Shown: in pieces, positions 32,901 through 42,263 of the stretch
Numbering within the stretch: the stretch's first letter is position 1
How the letters are laid out: every line of letters starts with the position of its first letter
Assembly: GCA_039186735.1 (NCBI GenBank)
Contig: JBCCZX010000001.1
Location: 1-61,137, forward strand
Length of the DNA: 61,137 nt
Source: Verrucomicrobiota bacterium
GTDB taxonomy: Bacteria > Verrucomicrobiota > Verrucomicrobiia > Verrucomicrobiales > Akkermansiaceae
Reading direction: 5' to 3'
Notes under the pieces: generated by a model
Told to the model about the DNA's origin: nothing
What the model saw: only the letters and a program-made list of their open reading frames with translations
Databases searched by the model: none
Program-made: the position numbers and the translations under genes

Positions 32901-33480
32901 CATCGCCTGGTTCGATGTTCATCTCAAGGATTGCATCGGGCGTAGCGACTGTTTCTTCGTTGTTGGGATGAGTCGTGCTCGCACTTTTTTTGACGAGATT
33001 GGAGAGGGAGATGATGCCGGTGGTGAGGAAAAAGATGCAGATGCCGGCAATCATGAGGCCGAGGAGCTTGTCCAAGCGTTGTTTGGGGATGGTGTCGAGC
33101 CATTGGTCTCTTTCTGCCGAGACGAGTGATTCAAGAATGACGCGGCTTTGGAGGAAGTTGAGAGACCCGGCAGCATCAGGATTTTGATCGAGGGCGGCCA
33201 GGAGAGCGGTTTGCATTTCTGGGTGCTTTTGTTCGATTTGGGCGGCGATCGTGCGGTGGTCTTGAGTGCCACGGCAGCTCCACGAGATGACAATTGCCGT
33301 GATGGCAATGACGCCTCCAACAAGAGGTAAGAGGAAGGCTTCGGGTTTGATTCCGCTTTGCCAAAGACTGACTCCGAGGATGATTCCGAGCCACCAAGTG
33401 ATAGCGAGACCGAGGTAGAGTCGCTGCTTCTGGCGGCGGGAAGCGAGGTCGTTGAGGATGTTGTGGAGTTGTTCGATCAT
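29908..33480 (-). CDS. Large membrane-anchored Ig-like/coiled-coil protein (DUF4175-like)
   Basis: Three N-terminal TMs, long coiled coil, G/Q-rich tract, C-terminal VPEQYQEIVSQYFEEL. Confidence 0.7.
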   Translation of the reverse strand: MIEQLHNILNDLASRRQKQRLYLGLAITWWLGIILGVSLWQSGIKPEAFLLPLVGGVIAITAIVISWSCRGTQDHRTIAAQIEQKHPEMQTALLAALDQNPDAAGSLNFLQSRVILESLVSAERDQWLDTIPKQRLDKLLGLMIAGICIFFLTTGIISLSNLVKKSASTTHPNNEETVATPDAILEMNIEPGDVELERHSPLTIQVHFDENPPAEATLEITDPSGTRTISLSRPFTDPIFQTRLSSVSESMVYRVITPQGTSQFHQAEVYDLPALKSSLAVLNFSEHLNQPPKIIKNPAVIHAVEGTQMDLTLVANLPGLSASLVPQKGQAKPLRVSSDNPNNHHFTDTLTKSTRYEIVLKDSKGRRNSRKDVLEIKVKTNKPPIVKVDLPRKKDEVTPIQEVQLSVNIRDDSGILEHGLRYTLDGENWQEVPGSAKAGTKRSRLAHFIDLEAEQAQPNDVIMWNAWAEDLGPDGKKRRVNGDIHLIPVRNFDEQFYQRQGPPGEGSPCKKLIVLQTKILEATWNLRRDHSEITSTSPPQKELESLSDSQKIAIDMAKEMESNIKDPADRQLATDARLEMQSASEFLSNAVTEISTKPLDPAIAHEQVALRSLYQLQSSQTMINQSKGQSKPPIFKDDQIKDDLDLKSLESPYEHEKSAKPETAKEALEAMETLKRLRELAKRQRDLNEEMKSLQMAMNKAKTAEEKVELERRLKQLQEQQRELLADIDRIQERVADAAPEEQSERLSNARDKAQQANENLEKKKLGDALASGSRVQESLEQLHDEFRTTSAAKLAQQLRELREDARNLERNQRQLAHSSPNHSNQPKPNRLSDDSTPSSPDAERQQKDYQALVASLQETAETAEKAEPLVAKDLIEALRQANQKGIEEDLNKMKNWGDRRAARDAAENIAQLTSEIESAAERILGNEAQALRYARDELQRLTEMAQGQASESGKGSEGSQTNTSQPGQHQAGDPGEQTAQTQGKEQNPGNGQGQTKAEGKGQGTGKGQAQSEGNGSGHAQGQNQSKGQAQGPARGQRSGPGQQPGQTPGNTPGQGNQSHALGQGHGGSGFSGGSAIANEQYGEWRDRMSDLEAIMTAPEAQSAVSRARQASHEMRKNLKRHSIAPDESRILREVIQPLREAAKKIDAQLRELDHDDPLAPVGRDLVPEQYQEIVSQYFEELGKEEATQP

Positions 33481-35354
33481 GGCGTTGCGAGGGTTCGTTT
33501 GGCGCCGATTACGCCGGCGACGAGAGTTTCAACAAGAAAGAAGGCGGCGGCGGCAACTAGGAGCCACCATGCGATGCGTTGGCGGCTTTCTTGTTCGGCA
33601 TGGGAGAGTTGTGTGGCGATTGCGGCTGCTTGCTGGAGATCTTTTGGCCTATCCAAAGGGAGGCCGAGGGCGCGGAGTTCGGATTCTGGGAGAGGGGTGC
33701 GTTCGGTTTCGGAGGGATCGAGTTGAACGACAAAGGTGGCTTCATCCGTTCGTTGAATTCCGGGCGAATCGTAGGTTTCACTGGGGTGAACGGGTCCGGT
33801 TTGGTTGTCGGTTTGAAGGGATTGGGAAAGCAGCCCGTGGAGTAGGGGGGGGAATTTTGAGGAGAGGGCGAGTTGGCTATCTACAGGACGCCAGGTTGTG
33901 GTAAGAACATGAAGGATACCTTTTCCGATCGGGAAGCTGATCCATGCAGCATCGCCGGAGTCGAAGCTGGCAAGCACCCGCCCTTGAGCGAGTAACTCGT
34001 CGGGAAGTCTGCGGTATTTCCAAACCCTGATGCGACTGAAGTCCGAGTAACGAGCATCAGCGAACGGGGAAAAGACTTCGGATTGGAAGTCGATTTCACC
34101 GAAGAGCACATGATCTGTGACGGTTGCTTCTTTCGTTGTCGAAGCGGAGACTCCGACCAGTTTTCCCAAGAAATCGGCGGAAGACTGATCGCGGAGAGGG
34201 AAAAGGGCGGTTCCACCCGCTTGCAGAAGGTCTGCGACGTCGGACTCGGCATTAATGACTGTGAGGGCGGGTGTTTGGGAGGGTTTTTCGGCGGTGATTT
34301 CTATGTTGTAGTCCGGGGTGGATTGAAGGGCTCGGTTGAGGAAGTAGCTTCCTTCGCGGGTGTCGTGAGCTTGCGTTTGCGCAGGGTGCCAGATGTGTGC
34401 GACCGGGAGGATGGGAGTGATCCAAGCGGCTTCGTTATCGTACGCGTAGTCGTCCCCAGAGAGGCGAATGGTGCCTTCTTTGGCGAGGCCTTCGGGAGCT
34501 TCGAAGATGGTGCTTTCGCCCGGCGGGAGGTGAATCTGGATGGCCTCACTTTGGCTTCCCCATTGGAGCGTGAAGTCGGAGTTTTCTGAGCCCTGGGAGT
34601 TCCTGACACGAGCGCGCAATTCTTGATTTTGGGCTGGAAGGATTTGCACGCCCGCGTTGGACCAATTTTCTTTGGGGGTGACGGGGTGGAGGATTACTTG
34701 TAGGGCTTGGGGCCAGATTTCGTCGCGGAGTTTGTCGAGGGAGGAGCCGGTTTGGAGGTCGCTGACGAGATGAATCTTGAGTTGGTTTTCGGGTCTGAAC
34801 GAGGAGATGGCGGCGATGAGGGCGGTATCGAGGTGGGTAGATTTCCAATCGCCTTCGATGGTCGACAGCAGGCTGAGAGCACTGGATTTTCGAGAGCCCA
34901 CGGCGATTTCTTGAGCACGAGCCGGGTTCAGGAGAGGACGGATTTGATCGGAGAAGGACGCCAGAGCGATCCAGTCATTAATTGGGGTGTCTTCAATTAT
35001 GGTTTTTGCTGTTTTGCGCGCTTGTTCAAGAGCTTCGCCTCTCATGCTGGCGCTGGTATCAACCAAGATGTAGTGCATTGTCGCGCCGTCATCGCTCACG
35101 ACTGTTTCGTGCTTTGCGGGAAAGAAGGGACGGGCAAAGGCAAGGATGAGTAAGCTGAGAGCGAGGCAGCGAAGAATGAGGAGAAGGATGTCTTGGAGGC
35201 GGGAGCGGGTCTTGGTTTGGAGGGGGGATTCCTCAAGGAACATCAGGGAAGAAAAGGCGATGATTTCTTTTGGCTTGTTCTTTCGCAGGTGTAGGAGAAC
35301 CGGTAGCACGAGTGCGGACAAACCTGCGAGAAAAACTGGAGCGAGAAAGGCCAT
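33477..35354 (-). CDS. BatA N-terminal plus vWA domain protein
   Basis: MAFLAP.FL....LPVLLHL, FSSLMFL, LAFARP, ILVDTSASM, VSDLQ. Confidence 0.88.
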   Translation of the reverse strand: MAFLAPVFLAGLSALVLPVLLHLRKNKPKEIIAFSSLMFLEESPLQTKTRSRLQDILLLILRCLALSLLILAFARPFFPAKHETVVSDDGATMHYILVDTSASMRGEALEQARKTAKTIIEDTPINDWIALASFSDQIRPLLNPARAQEIAVGSRKSSALSLLSTIEGDWKSTHLDTALIAAISSFRPENQLKIHLVSDLQTGSSLDKLRDEIWPQALQVILHPVTPKENWSNAGVQILPAQNQELRARVRNSQGSENSDFTLQWGSQSEAIQIHLPPGESTIFEAPEGLAKEGTIRLSGDDYAYDNEAAWITPILPVAHIWHPAQTQAHDTREGSYFLNRALQSTPDYNIEITAEKPSQTPALTVINAESDVADLLQAGGTALFPLRDQSSADFLGKLVGVSASTTKEATVTDHVLFGEIDFQSEVFSPFADARYSDFSRIRVWKYRRLPDELLAQGRVLASFDSGDAAWISFPIGKGILHVLTTTWRPVDSQLALSSKFPPLLHGLLSQSLQTDNQTGPVHPSETYDSPGIQRTDEATFVVQLDPSETERTPLPESELRALGLPLDRPKDLQQAAAIATQLSHAEQESRQRIAWWLLVAAAAFFLVETLVAGVIGAKRTLATP

Positions 35355-35360
35355 GGTGAG

Positions 35361-36299
35361 TTATCTCTTTTTGGAGCGGGTAATTTGAGGGCCTCGCCCG
35401 AGGCGGTCAGAAAGGAGGGTATGCAAGGCGAACTCCAAAGGTTGATCGGTCGGGAGGAGGTGGTGGAGAATGCCAAGGCTATCGGCGAGATTTTTGAGGC
35501 CGGTTTGATGGGCTTTGAACTTCTCTAAATAACCAGTGCGGATTTTGGCGGGGTCAGCGTGAAGGAGCTGGCCTGATTCCAAGTCTTGGAAATGCGCGGA
35601 ATCTTCGAATTGAAAGTTGATTTCGGTGGGGTCGAGGACTTGCAAGAGAGTGAGGTCGTGACCGCAAGCGGTGAGGGAGGATAGAGGAGCTTGGAGCTGT
35701 TTCAAAGGAGAGAGGAAGTCGGAGATGATGAGAATCATTCCGCGCGAGCGGCCGCGATTGAGGATGGCTTCGGCGGTCGAATTAAGGGTAGTTGAGGTGC
35801 CTTTGGCTTCGCGGTTGAGCGCTGCAAGAATCGCGTGGAGGTGGCCGTAGCGATGGCGGGGAGGGAGATAGTCGCGAGGGATGTCATCGTAGGTCAGGAG
35901 TCCGATTTCATCTCCTTGATCGTAGAGAAAGACAGCCAAGGTTGCAGCCAAGGTGCGAGCGTAGTCGAGCTTGGAAAAACTACCGGAGCCGTAGCTCATT
36001 GAGCGGCTGAGGTCCAAAAGGAGGTGGCAATGGAGGTTGGTCTCTTCGCGGAATTTGCGGATGACGGTTCGGTCGCGGCGGGCGAGGACTTTCCAATCGA
36101 GATAGCGAATATCGTCACCCGGGACGTAGGAGCGGTATTCGGCAAATTCTGCGGAGAATCCGTGGCGATTGCTGCGGTGGAGGCCTTTCGAGAATCCTTC
36201 TACGATGAGGCGGGCCCGGAGCTCAAGATTGCGAATCCGCATCAAAGCTGCGGGGTCGGTATAGTTCGGAGGTTTTGAGGTTGTCGAGCTGGGAGCCAT
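35361..36299 (-). CDS. DUF58 vWA-like MoxR partner
   Basis: GLHRS..HGFSAEFAEYRSYVPGDDIRYLDWK, DLSRSM, ISDF. Confidence 0.93.
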   Translation of the reverse strand: MAPSSTTSKPPNYTDPAALMRIRNLELRARLIVEGFSKGLHRSNRHGFSAEFAEYRSYVPGDDIRYLDWKVLARRDRTVIRKFREETNLHCHLLLDLSRSMSYGSGSFSKLDYARTLAATLAVFLYDQGDEIGLLTYDDIPRDYLPPRHRYGHLHAILAALNREAKGTSTTLNSTAEAILNRGRSRGMILIISDFLSPLKQLQAPLSSLTACGHDLTLLQVLDPTEINFQFEDSAHFQDLESGQLLHADPAKIRTGYLEKFKAHQTGLKNLADSLGILHHLLPTDQPLEFALHTLLSDRLGRGPQITRSKKR

Positions 36300-37303
36300 T
36301 AGGGACTAGGAACATGTTGGATGAGGCGGTCGACGATTTTATCGGCGGTGATGCCATCGGCTTCGGCGCGGAAGTTGGGGAGGATACGGTGGCGGAGGAC
36401 GGGATGAGCAAGGGCTTGGATGTCAGCCGGGGTGACGTGGCTGCGGCCATCGAGAAGGGTGCGAGCCTTGGCTCCCAAGACCAAGTTCTGAGCGGCACGG
36501 AGTCCGGCGCCCCAGTTGACCCAGTCGTTGATGAAGTCAGGCGTTTCCTTTTGATTCGGGCGTGAGGTGCTGGCGAGACGAACGGCGTAACGAGCCGTTT
36601 CTTCGGCGATGGGAACTTTTCGGACGATTTCTTGGAAGGCGAGTAAGTCTTCGCCAGTGAAGAGAGCTTCAATGGGTTCGGGGCGAGTGGAGGTGGTGCT
36701 GGTGACGACCGCGACCTCGTCTTCTTCGCTCAAGTAATCGATGTGAATATCGAACATGAAGCGGTCGAGCTGGGCTTCGGGAAGGGGGTAGGTGCCTTCC
36801 ATTTCTACGGGGTTCTTGGTAGCGAGGACAAAAAAGGGATTCGGTAGCGGGTAGCGGGTCCCAGCGGCGGTGACTTGATGTTCCTGCATTGCTTCGAGAA
36901 GAGCAGACTGGGTTTTGGGTGGGGTGCGGTTGATTTCGTCAGCGAGGATCAGGTGGGCGAAGAGGGGGCCCTTAACGAATTCAAGGTGGCGGTCATTGCC
37001 TTGGTCGATGAGGATTTCGGTGCCGGTGATGTCGGCGGGCATGAGGTCGGGGGTGAACTGGATGCGATTGAAGGAGAGGTGGAAGAGGCGGGCGGTGGAG
37101 GAAATGAGGAGGGTTTTGGCGAGGCCGGGAGCGCCGGTGATGAGGGCATGTCCATTGGACAAGAGGGCGATGAGTAGTTGTTCAATGACATCATCCTGAC
37201 CGCGAATCACTTTAGCGAGTTCGCGTTTGATGCCTGTTTTTGCCTCGGCGATGCGGTAGACGAGAGCTTCTTCTTCCGATTGCGGACTGTTTGCAGTGAT
37301 CAT
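36299..37303 (-). CDS. moxR: MoxR-family AAA+ ATPase
   Basis: GAPGLAKT, RIQFTPDLMPADITG, LADEINRTPPKTQSALLEAMQE, YPLPEAQLDRF. Confidence 0.96.
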   Translation of the reverse strand: MITANSPQSEEEALVYRIAEAKTGIKRELAKVIRGQDDVIEQLLIALLSNGHALITGAPGLAKTLLISSTARLFHLSFNRIQFTPDLMPADITGTEILIDQGNDRHLEFVKGPLFAHLILADEINRTPPKTQSALLEAMQEHQVTAAGTRYPLPNPFFVLATKNPVEMEGTYPLPEAQLDRFMFDIHIDYLSEEDEVAVVTSTTSTRPEPIEALFTGEDLLAFQEIVRKVPIAEETARYAVRLASTSRPNQKETPDFINDWVNWGAGLRAAQNLVLGAKARTLLDGRSHVTPADIQALAHPVLRHRILPNFRAEADGITADKIVDRLIQHVPSP

Positions 37304-37310
37304 GAATCTG

Positions 37311-38105
37311 TTAGTGGGTCATCACGTAAACGATGATGTTGATTCCCATGGGGTATGCTTTTTTTTCGCTGAACTCGGTGAAGAAGTAGGGGTCTTCTCC
37401 TTCCCGTTCCCAGCCGTCGCCGAGGTCGTTGTTTCGGCTGATCAGTACCATCATGCGGCCCTTGTCGTCGTAGATGGCGTGGTAGTGGACGTTTTTACCG
37501 CCTTTTTCGTAGAAGATTCCGGTGTGACGGCCGGACATGGCGTATTCGATGGCGGGGACCTGGGGCTTTTCCTTGAGTTGGAAGACGATGTTGAAGATGG
37601 GGTGGTCTAGTTCCAAGTCCGCGATTGGTCGGTCGGGGAACAGAAGTTTCATTTGTTGTTCGGTTTGTCGCCATTCCTCTGCTCCCCAGAAGTCGTCGAT
37701 CATGAGGAAGCCACCATTGAGCAAGTGCTCGCGCAGGACTTTGGCTTCTTGCTGGGTGAAGTTGAGGGTGCCGGTTTCGGTCATATACAGGAAGGGGCAT
37801 TCCTTCATTTTGGGGTCGAGGACGCCAACTACGATGGGATTGGGGTCGACCTTGATGGCGGTCATTTGTTGAAGGCGGAAGGAGAAGTTGAGGTCACTAT
37901 CGGGGTAGTCGGAGAGCCACTTGCGATGGAACTGGGGGCGGAGGCGGGCAAAGCGGAAGGTGTCGTCTGGAAAACGGGGGTCGTTGGTCCAGTTCTCGAC
38001 TCCGTTCCGATTGGCCGGGATACCGGGTTGTCTCCAAGACTGCGCGGCAGATGAGAGGGAGAGAGCAAGACAGACAGATGCGGGGAGGAGGAAACAGTGA
38101 TTCAT
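37311..38105 (-). CDS. DUF4159 domain exported protein
   Basis: F.FARL, W.SDYPDSD.N, GGFLMIDDFWG, NDLGDGWE, MGINIIVYVMTH. Confidence 0.88.
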   Translation of the reverse strand: MNHCFLLPASVCLALSLSSAAQSWRQPGIPANRNGVENWTNDPRFPDDTFRFARLRPQFHRKWLSDYPDSDLNFSFRLQQMTAIKVDPNPIVVGVLDPKMKECPFLYMTETGTLNFTQQEAKVLREHLLNGGFLMIDDFWGAEEWRQTEQQMKLLFPDRPIADLELDHPIFNIVFQLKEKPQVPAIEYAMSGRHTGIFYEKGGKNVHYHAIYDDKGRMMVLISRNNDLGDGWEREGEDPYFFTEFSEKKAYPMGINIIVYVMTH

Positions 38106-40639
38106 CAGGAAGGTGGAAGGTTGACGAGAAATTCGAGGGCTATCTCGAAACGCGGATTTTGTTCCAAGGCTTTCAAAACCTCGCGTCGAGATTGCTCAGG
38201 ATTGGGCTCTAGCAGAATGGTGGCGAGTTCGTAGTGGAGGCGGCTTGAGTCGCGGGGCTTGAGGGCTAGGAGGGAAGTGCAGGCTTCTTGGGCTTGCTGG
38301 ATTGACTGTGTTTCTTTGGCCGCCTTGAAGAGGGTGCGGTAGGCTGTTTCTTGGAATGGATTGATCTCCAGCATGCGCTGGGCGGTCTTTATGCGTTCGG
38401 CAGGAGAGAGAGTTTGGCTGAGCTCCAAGAGACGACTTGCTGCATCAGAATGGTGGGCGTCGATTTCAACGAGTTTGATGAGTGTTTCCCGTTCTGATTT
38501 TGTATTGTTGCTGTTTCGATAAACGAGGGAGAGAGCCCAATAAGGATTGTTATCTTCGCGATTATTTGGAGCGGATTGGATGATGTTTTCGAGGAGTTTT
38601 TGCGCGCTATTCCATTCTTGCTTCTTAATGAGTTGGGACGCGAGCATCATGGATGAGGAGTAGCGCTTGGGGTGCTGGGCGACCCAGGTTGTGGGGTTGT
38701 TTCGATAGGTTTGGTATTCTTCATCGGAGAGAAGAGACCAATCGAGTTCGGGGCCGTAGCCCTTTGCCTGAGACTTGGCGTAGGTTCGGAAGTTCTTTTC
38801 GAGTTGATTGAGAGGCTGAGTGCGGTTCGGGAGAATGGCTTTGAGAGGTTTGCCATCAGAAAGATCTGAGAGGATATTCCGCATCGTTTGGAGGCCGAAG
38901 TTTTCGATTAAGAACTCCACGACGAGGGAGGCGTGGTAGTAACCGAAGATGATGTCCGGGCCGGCGAAGGATTGATCGATATCGAGAATTGCAGGCATTT
39001 CTTCGGCAAGAAAGCGCTCACGGAATTCGGCATTCATACCGAAACCCCAACCGGGCTTCGCTTGTCGTTCTTCGTAGACGCTGATGCCTTCGGTGAGCCA
39101 GCGGGGGATGCGGTGTCTGGTGGCGTCGAGAGTGATGGTGTGGGCCATTTCGTGCCAGAGGACGGTTTCCCAGTTGGCGCGACCGAGCTTGCCACGCGGG
39201 CTAGTCATGGTGATGACGGGGCCAAAGCAGACGCCGAGAAAGGCCTCGCCACCGGGGAGGCCGAAGGTGCGAATGGCGAAGTCTTCTTGCTTGGGTAGCA
39301 TTTCGACGAGGACTGGTTGTGAAAGGGAGATTTGGTATTTTTCAGTGAGGGTTTTTTTGGATTTGGCGGCGAGGTCGAGAGCGCGTTTGCCAAAAACGGC
39401 CATGTCTTCGGGGGACATGCGGAGGCGGACTCCGTCTTTTTCGAGAATGGGATAGTCGCGGATTTTGTCCCGGAGTTGGATGAGGTTGAAGGCGGCAACG
39501 TTGTAGGGGTCGAGGTTGTGGGCGAGTTCGACATTGCGCCAGCCGTCATCGGATTGACCGAAGCGGAGTTGGTTGGAGCCGAGCTCGAAGAGGATGTTGG
39601 CTGAAGAGGGGTCTTCTTGACTGGCTTTCTGGAGGAAGGGAATGGCTTCTGCGAAGCGGTATTGAGAGGCGAGAGTTTTGCCGACGGTTGCAGAGACGGT
39701 GGGATTGTCGGGCCAGAATTGACGGGCTTTTTTGAGGGCTTCTTGCGCAGAGGAAGGGTCTTCTTCGAGCAAAGCGAGAGCTGCTAGTTGGGCCCATGCT
39801 GTGGAATGAACGGGATTCGTTTGAAGGATTTGTTTCAGAGTTTCTCTGGCAGAATTGAAGTCACGTTTTGCAATGAGTTGTTCGGCTTTCAGTAGAAGAG
39901 CGGTGGCGAAGCGGGGGTTTTGTTCGAGGGCTAGATCGAGATAGGTTTGGATGTTTAAGTCTGGTTTTTGGAGATTGCGAGGGAGGGGGAGTTGCGATTG
40001 TTCGAGGCCGAGCAAGAATTCGGGGTCATTCGGGTGGAGTTTCAACCCGGCGCGGAAGTTCTCGGCGGCGAGTTCTCGGTCATGTGTGGAGAGGGCCAGT
40101 TGACCGATAGCAAGGTAAGCGGAGCGGCCTTTTGGGTCGGCCTTTTTTGCCGGTTGGAAATAGCGTTCGAGAACGAATTTGGCGTCGAGGCCGGTTTGAA
40201 GAAGCAGTTGTCCGAATGCTACGGAGGAGTTGGAGTTGCCGGGAGTTGGGCCGAATGGTTCGATTTCGATGGTGCGATGAAGGATTGCTTGGGCTTGTTC
40301 GGTCCGACCATTTGCGTGGAGGGCTTCGATGACCGCGAGGTTGAGTTCTGGTGAGAAGGGATGGATGCGGTAGAGGCCCTCCGCCTGTTTGAGAGCTTTT
40401 TCATACTCCCCTAGTGCTAACATGCTGCGAATGCGTAGCTTTCCGAGGGTCGCTAGCTCTCTGCGGTCAGCATTGACTTTGAGGTTGTGCTTTTTGCACT
40501 CAAGATAGCGACCTGTGAGGAATAATGCCCTTTGGTTTTGGATGATTGGGGGTTCCTCCTCTGCCTTGATAATCAGTGGGTTTAGTAGGGTCGCGGAGCA
40601 AGCGGCAAGCAGCCAAGTTGCTCGATGTCCCCTGATCAT
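38105..40639 (-). CDS. Exported TPR protein with zinc metallopeptidase (MA-like) domain
   Basis: TPR-like helical repeats; VLWHEMAH...PRWLTEG gluzincin motif. Confidence 0.82.
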   Translation of the reverse strand: MIRGHRATWLLAACSATLLNPLIIKAEEEPPIIQNQRALFLTGRYLECKKHNLKVNADRRELATLGKLRIRSMLALGEYEKALKQAEGLYRIHPFSPELNLAVIEALHANGRTEQAQAILHRTIEIEPFGPTPGNSNSSVAFGQLLLQTGLDAKFVLERYFQPAKKADPKGRSAYLAIGQLALSTHDRELAAENFRAGLKLHPNDPEFLLGLEQSQLPLPRNLQKPDLNIQTYLDLALEQNPRFATALLLKAEQLIAKRDFNSARETLKQILQTNPVHSTAWAQLAALALLEEDPSSAQEALKKARQFWPDNPTVSATVGKTLASQYRFAEAIPFLQKASQEDPSSANILFELGSNQLRFGQSDDGWRNVELAHNLDPYNVAAFNLIQLRDKIRDYPILEKDGVRLRMSPEDMAVFGKRALDLAAKSKKTLTEKYQISLSQPVLVEMLPKQEDFAIRTFGLPGGEAFLGVCFGPVITMTSPRGKLGRANWETVLWHEMAHTITLDATRHRIPRWLTEGISVYEERQAKPGWGFGMNAEFRERFLAEEMPAILDIDQSFAGPDIIFGYYHASLVVEFLIENFGLQTMRNILSDLSDGKPLKAILPNRTQPLNQLEKNFRTYAKSQAKGYGPELDWSLLSDEEYQTYRNNPTTWVAQHPKRYSSSMMLASQLIKKQEWNSAQKLLENIIQSAPNNREDNNPYWALSLVYRNSNNTKSERETLIKLVEIDAHHSDAASRLLELSQTLSPAERIKTAQRMLEINPFQETAYRTLFKAAKETQSIQQAQEACTSLLALKPRDSSRLHYELATILLEPNPEQSRREVLKALEQNPRFEIALEFLVNLPPS

Positions 40640-40848
40640 GATTCAAAAAGCTATCAGAAGCAGTCTCCCAAGCAATGGGTATGTTGTGGGAGTTGGTTCT
40701 GTCTTTTTGTCTCACGTTCTCAGGTAGGAATTTTACCGGTATTCGGCGAAAATTTTGAGTCAAGGAGAGACCTTGACTGGCCCTTTTGATGGAAGGGCCA
40801 GCCGAGCTTGATTTGGATATTTGCTACGTTAGACGTAGTAATTAATGT

Positions 40849-41496
40849 TCAGGTGAGCATCGCCAGGAGTTCGAGCATGTCGTTGGGCTCGGGCCGTTTC
40901 GTGTAGTCGGGGTTGATGGCGGCATCGCGGATGAGGCCGTCGTTGTCGACGAGGTAGCGGGCAGGCATGGGGAGTTTCCAGTTGGAGTTGCCGTTGGTTT
41001 TGGGGACGTCGATTCCGAATTGGAGGTAGATTTTGCTCAGGTCTTCGGGGAAGCCGTGGGTGAGGCGGAGTTCGTCGGCGAGCTTGAAATCGAGGTCCTG
41101 GATGAGGGGGTAGGTGAGGTTGTGGTCGGCGGCCATCTTTTGGCTGTGTTCGGGAGTCTGGGGAGTGAAGACGAAGAGTTTGCCGCCTTTCGCGAGGACT
41201 TCGGGGTAGACTTGCTGCAGAGCATCCAGCTCCGCGACGCAGTAGGGTCACCAGAAGCCCCGGAAGAAGTTGATGATCATCGGACCGTTGCCGATGAGGT
41301 CAGCGGAAGCGGTGGGGTTACCGTTGGCGTCGGTGAGGTCAAATTCGGGGAATTCGGAACCTGCGCCGAGGGCTTTTTGATGTAGGCCAGAAGCGACAAG
41401 GTCGTTGGTGGCGCGATGCATGATTTCGAGAGCTTCGGCGGGTGCCTGGCTTTCGAAACCAGCGTGAATGGCGTCGAGTTTGTCTTGGAGTTTCAT
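40849..41496 (-). CDS. AhpC/TSA peroxiredoxin-like selenoprotein (UPYC), TGA at 41248-41250 read as Sec
   Basis: FFRGFW-TGA-PYCVAEL in one frame with the downstream LPMPARYLVD...DYTKRPEP. Confidence 0.85.
41217..41235 (-). promoter_or_regulatory. Putative bacterial SECIS hairpin
   Basis: GCGGAGC-UGGAU-GCUCUGC starting 12 nt after UGA; G at loop position 2. Confidence 0.65.
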
Positions 41497-41512
41497 AGTT
41501 CGTTTGTTTGAA

Positions 41513-41586
41513 GGAGCGCGGTGCACTGGCACCGCATTAGGTATTCTTATTGATGTCGTTGTTGCGGAGCTGGTGCTTCGCGCTCC
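41513..41586. repeat. Inverted pair of family B REPs at the RAYT2 3' end
   Basis: 41513-41535 GGAGC-GCGGTGC-actg-GCACCGC (+); 41564-41586 GCGGAGC-tggt-GCTTCGC-GCTCC (-). Confidence 0.75.
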
Positions 41587-42220
41587 TTCCTCCTTGCCAA
41601 GGCCAGTTGGAGAGGCCGGCTTTGGAGGGGTTGGAGCGAATATAGTCGATTGCTAGGCGAAGATGTTCTTGGTCACGAATGAATCGGTCCCAGTAGTCAG
41701 GCATCCAAAGGTGAGTGGGTTGGGGTGTTGGCAGTTCTAATTTTTCCCAGCGCCCCAATGTCCAGCTCGCGACATAGGATTTCCAAGATTGAACGATCTT
41801 GGAGAGTTGAGTGTGTGGTTGGATGAGGACGTGAACGTGGTTGGGCATGATGACCCATTCGATGAGCTCATAGCGATCACCATCGAAACGATAAAGGCTA
41901 TTTTTTAAGGTCGAAGCGACCTTTGGATGCTGGAGTGCGCAAGAGCCATGGCCTTGGTCGAGCCATTTGCCGAGCCGACGGCGGGTCTCGTGCGAGCGTT
42001 TCTGAGTTGGGAGATTGGCAAGGTCTTGCTTTAGGATTTCGATCTTTTGTGAGGGGATGGAATCAGCGAGGCGGAAAGTGATGGCCTGGAGGAGCTTGGA
42101 ATTTTCGTAGTGTGGAAGTTGGCCCCGCCAGCGCCACTTGGGAGCGGTGTTTTCTCCAGAACGAAGTTCCCTCGATAGCTTGAAAGCCTCTTTGGTGGGC
42201 TCTGGGAGGTGGGGGTTCAT
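41537..42220 (-). mobile_element. Second REP-associated tyrosine transposase (RAYT)
   Basis: LPHY, ITFRLADSIP, VIMPNHVH, SWKS, WMPDYWDRFIRD, DYIRSNP.KAGL. Confidence 0.9.
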
Positions 42221-42263
42221 TTCGTGGAGGACTGGCTCAATCTTGTTTGTCTTTTCATTGGGT

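Noticed and set aside
36805-36830. MoxR ATKNP instead of the usual ATQNP
   Set aside because: Single substitution; sensor Asn, Walker A/B and the Arg-finger motif are intact
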